64,000 nucleotides of DNA from Nitrospirota bacterium (GTDB lineage Bacteria > Nitrospirota > UBA9217): NCBI GenBank assembly GCA_963840455.1, contig CAWIYV010000011.1, positions 768,001 through 832,000 of the forward strand, written 5' to 3'. The position numbers were made by a program, and so were the translations under genes. Shown here piece after piece: positions 60,479-64,000 of the stretch (position 1 is the first letter of the stretch; every line of letters starts with the position of its first letter). The notes under the pieces were generated by a model, which saw only the letters and a program-made list of their open reading frames with translations, was not told the origin of the DNA and did no database searches.

Positions 60479-61795
60479 CTACAGGTCGGCAGCCTCCGGG
60501 TTCTCCCGCCCCATCGCCCGCTTCAGCGGCCCGCGGAAGGAAAAGAACGCCACCCCCGCGCCAAAGGAAAGACCGGACATGAGGAGGAAGAAGTGCTCCT
60601 TCGGCATCCTCTCCCAGAACGTCCCCAGATACCCCGACAGGTAATTGCCGAAGAAGCTCGACAGGAACCAGACGCCCATCATCAGGGAAACGATCCGTGC
60701 CGGCGCGATCTTGGTCACCAGCGAGAGGCCGACAGGAGAAAGATAGATCTCGCCCAGCGTGAGCACGAACGTGCAGGCCGCAAGCCACCAGATACTTGCC
60801 CGGGGACTGACCGCCAGCTCCCGGGCCGGAGGGATAAGGATCAGGAAGGCCGAGGCCAGCAGGAGGCAGCCGATCCCCATCTTGGCGATGCTCGTCGGTT
60901 CCCTGCTGCCCAGGCCCTGGCGTCGCCAGAACAGGTTCACGAGCGGAACGAGCAGGAAGATCATGAGCGGGTTGAACGACTGGAACCACGACGCGGGCAT
61001 CTCCCAGCCGAAGATCATCCGGTCCGTGTTGGCGTCGGCCCAGAGCGCCATGGTGTTCCCCTGCTGCTCGTACACGCTCCAGAACACGATGGAAAGCGCC
61101 ATCATCGCGAAGATCGCGCCGATCTTGAGCCAGTCACCTGGCGACAGCGGCTCTGTTGACCGCCGCTCCCTTCCCCCTGCCTGCATGATGAGGTCCGGAG
61201 CGAGGTGCTTCTGCCCCCGGAGGTACACGAGGAGTCCGATCACCATGCCCACACCCGCAGCGGCAAATCCCCAGTGGAAGCCGATCTTCTCGCCCAGGGT
61301 CCCGCAGATGAGCGGGGAAAAGAAGGCGCCGAGGTTGATCCCCATGTAGAACAGGCTGAAGGCCCGGTCGCGGCGGCGGTCGCCGGGAGGATAGAGAGCG
61401 CCGACCTGCGTCGAGATGTTCGGCTTGAAGGCGCCGTTCCCGAGGATGAGGAAGAGGAGCGCCGGGAAGAACAGGCTTTCGACGGCCATCAGGAAGTGGC
61501 CGGCGGCCATCAGCACGCCTCCCAGGACAACGGTCCTCCGCTGTCCAAGCACCCGGTCGGCCAGCAGGCCGCCGAAGAGCGGCGTAAAGTAGACGAACCC
61601 GGTGTAGAGGCCGTAGATCTCCGACGACCGCACCTGCGTGAACTGCAGGTGCTTGATCATGTAGTAGACGAGCAGCGACCGCATCCCGTAGTAGGAGAAT
61701 CGTTCCCACATCTCGGTGAAGAAGAGGACGTACAGCCCGGGAGGATGCTTCCGGTGCCTGTCTCCGTTCAGGGCCGAGGCAATGGCGTCTCGCAT
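60479..61795 (-). CDS. POT/PTR family proton-peptide symporter
   Basis: EMWERFSYYG, FKPN, FYMGINLG, FQSFNP, GEI..SPVG. Confidence 0.93.
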   Translation of the reverse strand: MRDAIASALNGDRHRKHPPGLYVLFFTEMWERFSYYGMRSLLVYYMIKHLQFTQVRSSEIYGLYTGFVYFTPLFGGLLADRVLGQRRTVVLGGVLMAAGHFLMAVESLFFPALLFLILGNGAFKPNISTQVGALYPPGDRRRDRAFSLFYMGINLGAFFSPLICGTLGEKIGFHWGFAAAGVGMVIGLLVYLRGQKHLAPDLIMQAGGRERRSTEPLSPGDWLKIGAIFAMMALSIVFWSVYEQQGNTMALWADANTDRMIFGWEMPASWFQSFNPLMIFLLVPLVNLFWRRQGLGSREPTSIAKMGIGCLLLASAFLILIPPARELAVSPRASIWWLAACTFVLTLGEIYLSPVGLSLVTKIAPARIVSLMMGVWFLSSFFGNYLSGYLGTFWERMPKEHFFLLMSGLSFGAGVAFFSFRGPLKRAMGRENPEAADL

Positions 61796-62382
61796 GGAAG
61801 GCTCCCGATGTCAGCGGGTCTGAACCGCGCAATGAGCTGGGGAAAGAAGCAGAGGAAATGGTCCTGGAGGAGGACAGCGTTGCGCTCAAGCTCCTCGACC
61901 GCCGTATTGAGGGTGTTCTCCCGCCGCAGCCTCCCGGAGATCCTTCTGAATGTCCGGTCGATCCCTTCCACGGTCCCATAGCGCCGCAGCCAGTCTTCCC
62001 GGACCATCTTCTCGATAACCATCGGCACCGGGTGCGGGACCGATACCCGATGACATCCCAGGTTTTCATAGACCCTTTCGACGAAAGCATCCAGCCCGAT
62101 GGAGCAGTACCGGTCCCAGCTGATCGTCAGAAAGTGGTCATACAGGACATCAATGATGACGCCCGCATAGCGTCGTCTCGAACTGCTGATGAGCCGCCTG
62201 CTCGCGCCGAAGACCGCGTGCGAGTCCGTGAAACAATCGACTTTCCGGTGATGGCGGATCCCCTCGACGACCTCGCGGGGAAACCGGCCCTCCGCATTGC
62301 CCTTGACGAAATCGGCGATGAAATTCCCCAGCATCGATGCAGGGGAGTCGTTGGAACAGACCATATGGGCGAGATAATTCAT
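61768..62382 (-). CDS. acpH: ACP phosphodiesterase family protein
   Basis: MNYLAH, GNFIADFVKG, GIRHHR.VD.FTD.H, D..YDHFL. Confidence 0.88.
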   Translation of the reverse strand: MNYLAHMVCSNDSPASMLGNFIADFVKGNAEGRFPREVVEGIRHHRKVDCFTDSHAVFGASRRLISSSRRRYAGVIIDVLYDHFLTISWDRYCSIGLDAFVERVYENLGCHRVSVPHPVPMVIEKMVREDWLRRYGTVEGIDRTFRRISGRLRRENTLNTAVEELERNAVLLQDHFLCFFPQLIARFRPADIGSLPCETPLPRP

Positions 62383-62445
62383 GAAGAGCGTGAGAAAGAG
62401 TGCATCGTATTGTGGTGCAGGGCTCCAGGAGCATCTGGGCGGGTG

Positions 62446-62541
62446 TTACGCGGCATGCGGCGAACCCTTCTGCTTCTGGTTCCCCCGGGTGATGACGCGG
62501 TAGAAGGCGCCGTCGTATTCTATCCGGGGCTTTCGTGCCAT
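62446..62541 (-). pseudogene. Truncated REP-associated tyrosine transposase (RAYT)
   Basis: MARKPRIEYDGAFYRVITRGNQKQ matches the RAYT N-terminus; stop after 31 aa. Confidence 0.8.
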
Positions 62542-62547
62542 GACGGG

Positions 62548-62576
62548 AGAGTAGCAGATATCAAAGAAGGGGTCAA
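62548..62576 (-). promoter_or_regulatory. Leaderless promoter of the RAYT remnant
   Basis: TTGACC-17-(TGc)TACTCT, 6 nt before ATG; the -35 lies within a REP-like TTGACCCC. Confidence 0.6.
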
Positions 62577-62835
62577 TACTCAATCGATACGTCTTGCCCC
62601 ATCCGCTCCCTTTCCTCTTTTCAGGCCTGATCCCTGACTGCCCCAGGATGATTCTGCTCGCTCCGGGGCGATCCGGGTCGGTATGCATAATGAGTGCCGA
62701 ATGGGTCCTGATATTGTCCTTGACTTCCCTGGCGAGGGAGCTATAGTGCAGAACAAACAGGATTTGGAAGGTCCTATTATTTAGGACCAGGAAGGAGGGG
62801 CGCGGCAGTACAATGTTGCACCAAGGAGGCATATC

Positions 62836-63162
62836 ATGGGAACCGCAATGGAAATGAAAGAGAAGACGTACTTTGAGGACGTGGACAGGGAGTTGGAAGG
62901 CATCAAGAGGAGGATCTACCTGCTGCGCGAAGAGCTTGCCAGGACCTACGGCGAGGACAACCCGATGCTGATCGCTCAGGACCGGCACCTGGTCGAGCTG
63001 GCGGAGTATGTTGACTGGAAGCTCCAGGTCCTTGAAAAGGGGACATCCTTCGACTGGAAGACCTCGAGAGGGAGCGGAAACGATATCCAGAGCGACGTTT
63101 CTGTTCGGGTGACCGAGAGCAGTACGGGGCCGGACTTTTCCGGAGGGTATCTCGGCGGATAG
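62836..63162 (+). CDS. Hypothetical protein
   Basis: SD AAGGAGG; 108-aa helical ORF ending FSGGYLGG. Confidence 0.75.
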   Translation: MGTAMEMKEKTYFEDVDRELEGIKRRIYLLREELARTYGEDNPMLIAQDRHLVELAEYVDWKLQVLEKGTSFDWKTSRGSGNDIQSDVSVRVTESSTGPDFSGGYLGG

Positions 63163-63316
63163 GGAAAGAGCAGCTGACTCGCGCACTGGACCGGCGAAGA
63201 CGTATTCGCCGGTTTTTGTATTTGGACGGCATCCGCGCCAGGGGGCAGCATTGCAGACCGGTTACCGCGAACGGCCATCAGGCGCAACCGGGGCCCAGTC
63301 TTGTTCTGTGCATAGA

Positions 63317-63838
63317 TTATCTGCTGCATGTTGAAAGACCTGCCTGCCAGCCCGCCTTCCGGGCGGCCATCACGATCCGCGCGCAGGCCTCGGCGTCCGA
63401 ATCAGCCTGATGATGCTTAAGCGGGATCTTGAGATGCCTGCACACATCCGGCAGTTTCGTGGGATAGACGCTCCAGACAGCGCGTGCCAATCTCACCGTA
63501 CAGACGAAAGGGTGGGCGGGCTGGGGCAGGCGGTGCGTTTCACAGCAGGAGTACAGCACCCGCCGGTCGAACGGCGCGTTGTGAGCAGCGAGGAAATCGA
63601 CACCTGCTATCAGCTCCCGCAGGGTCGGCCACAGCTCAGCGAAGGTGGGCGCGTCGCGAACATCATTCCACGTTATGCCATGGATATGCGTGAAAGTAAA
63701 CTGCCCGTCGGTTGGCCGGATCAGATAGTGCTTCCGCCGGACGATGCTATGCCCCTGCACGACCACGAGTCCGATTGCGCAAGCGCTGTCCGGGCTGTAG
63801 TTCGCGGTCTCAAAATCAATGGCGGCAAATGTCGTCAT
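63317..63838 (-). CDS. DEDDh 3'-5' exonuclease (DnaQ-like)
   Basis: AIDFET, IHGI, AHNAPFD, HHQADSDA. Confidence 0.9.
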   Translation of the reverse strand: MTTFAAIDFETANYSPDSACAIGLVVVQGHSIVRRKHYLIRPTDGQFTFTHIHGITWNDVRDAPTFAELWPTLRELIAGVDFLAAHNAPFDRRVLYSCCETHRLPQPAHPFVCTVRLARAVWSVYPTKLPDVCRHLKIPLKHHQADSDAEACARIVMAARKAGWQAGLSTCSR

Positions 63839-64000
63839 GACAGGGGAAATGGGAAGGATCCGTCCTTGAGCTGTATGATAACTCTTCGGGCAGGCACTTT
63901 GTCAAGACGCAAGATCTGAACCTATTGGTTGACAAGACCGGACGACTAACATTTCATCTTTTCACTCCCGACCCCTTGATTTCCTGCTGCCATCTGTTCT

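Overview
High-GC bacterial chromosomal segment. The gene set (multiheme cytochromes, system II cytochrome c maturation, TupABC, sigma54 promoter, ADP-forming acyl-CoA ligase) suggests an anaerobic Nitrospirota or Desulfobacterota-like organism; this is inference. The left ~38 kb is mostly core or housekeeping: outer-membrane barrel plus a divergent 9-heme cytochrome, acdAB-DRTGG-ALDH-phzF, a 7-PAS hybrid kinase, class IV aminotransferase, deoC, oppD/F, parC-like, ftsH, slp x2, HU, ccsA/resB, mnmA and modE-tupA-tupA-tupB-tupC. The right ~25 kb is a patchwork of single genes, pseudogenes and repeats. I found no rRNA, tRNA, CRISPR array or intact transposase. The most unusual signal is non-coding. 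(i) A stand-alone, heavily base-paired ~300-nt RNA gene with its own promoter and terminator (57439-57790) matches no family I recognise. (ii) Two paralogous 6S-RNA-like rods lie ~4 kb apart (39125-39283, 43087-43244). (iii) About 9 copies of an IS200/IS605-type non-autonomous element occur, those with a clear left end sitting after (T)GAAT. (iv) There are further structured repeat families, a RAYT remnant with REP-like units, and a recurring leaderless-mRNA promoter architecture. All structures were paired by eye, not computed.
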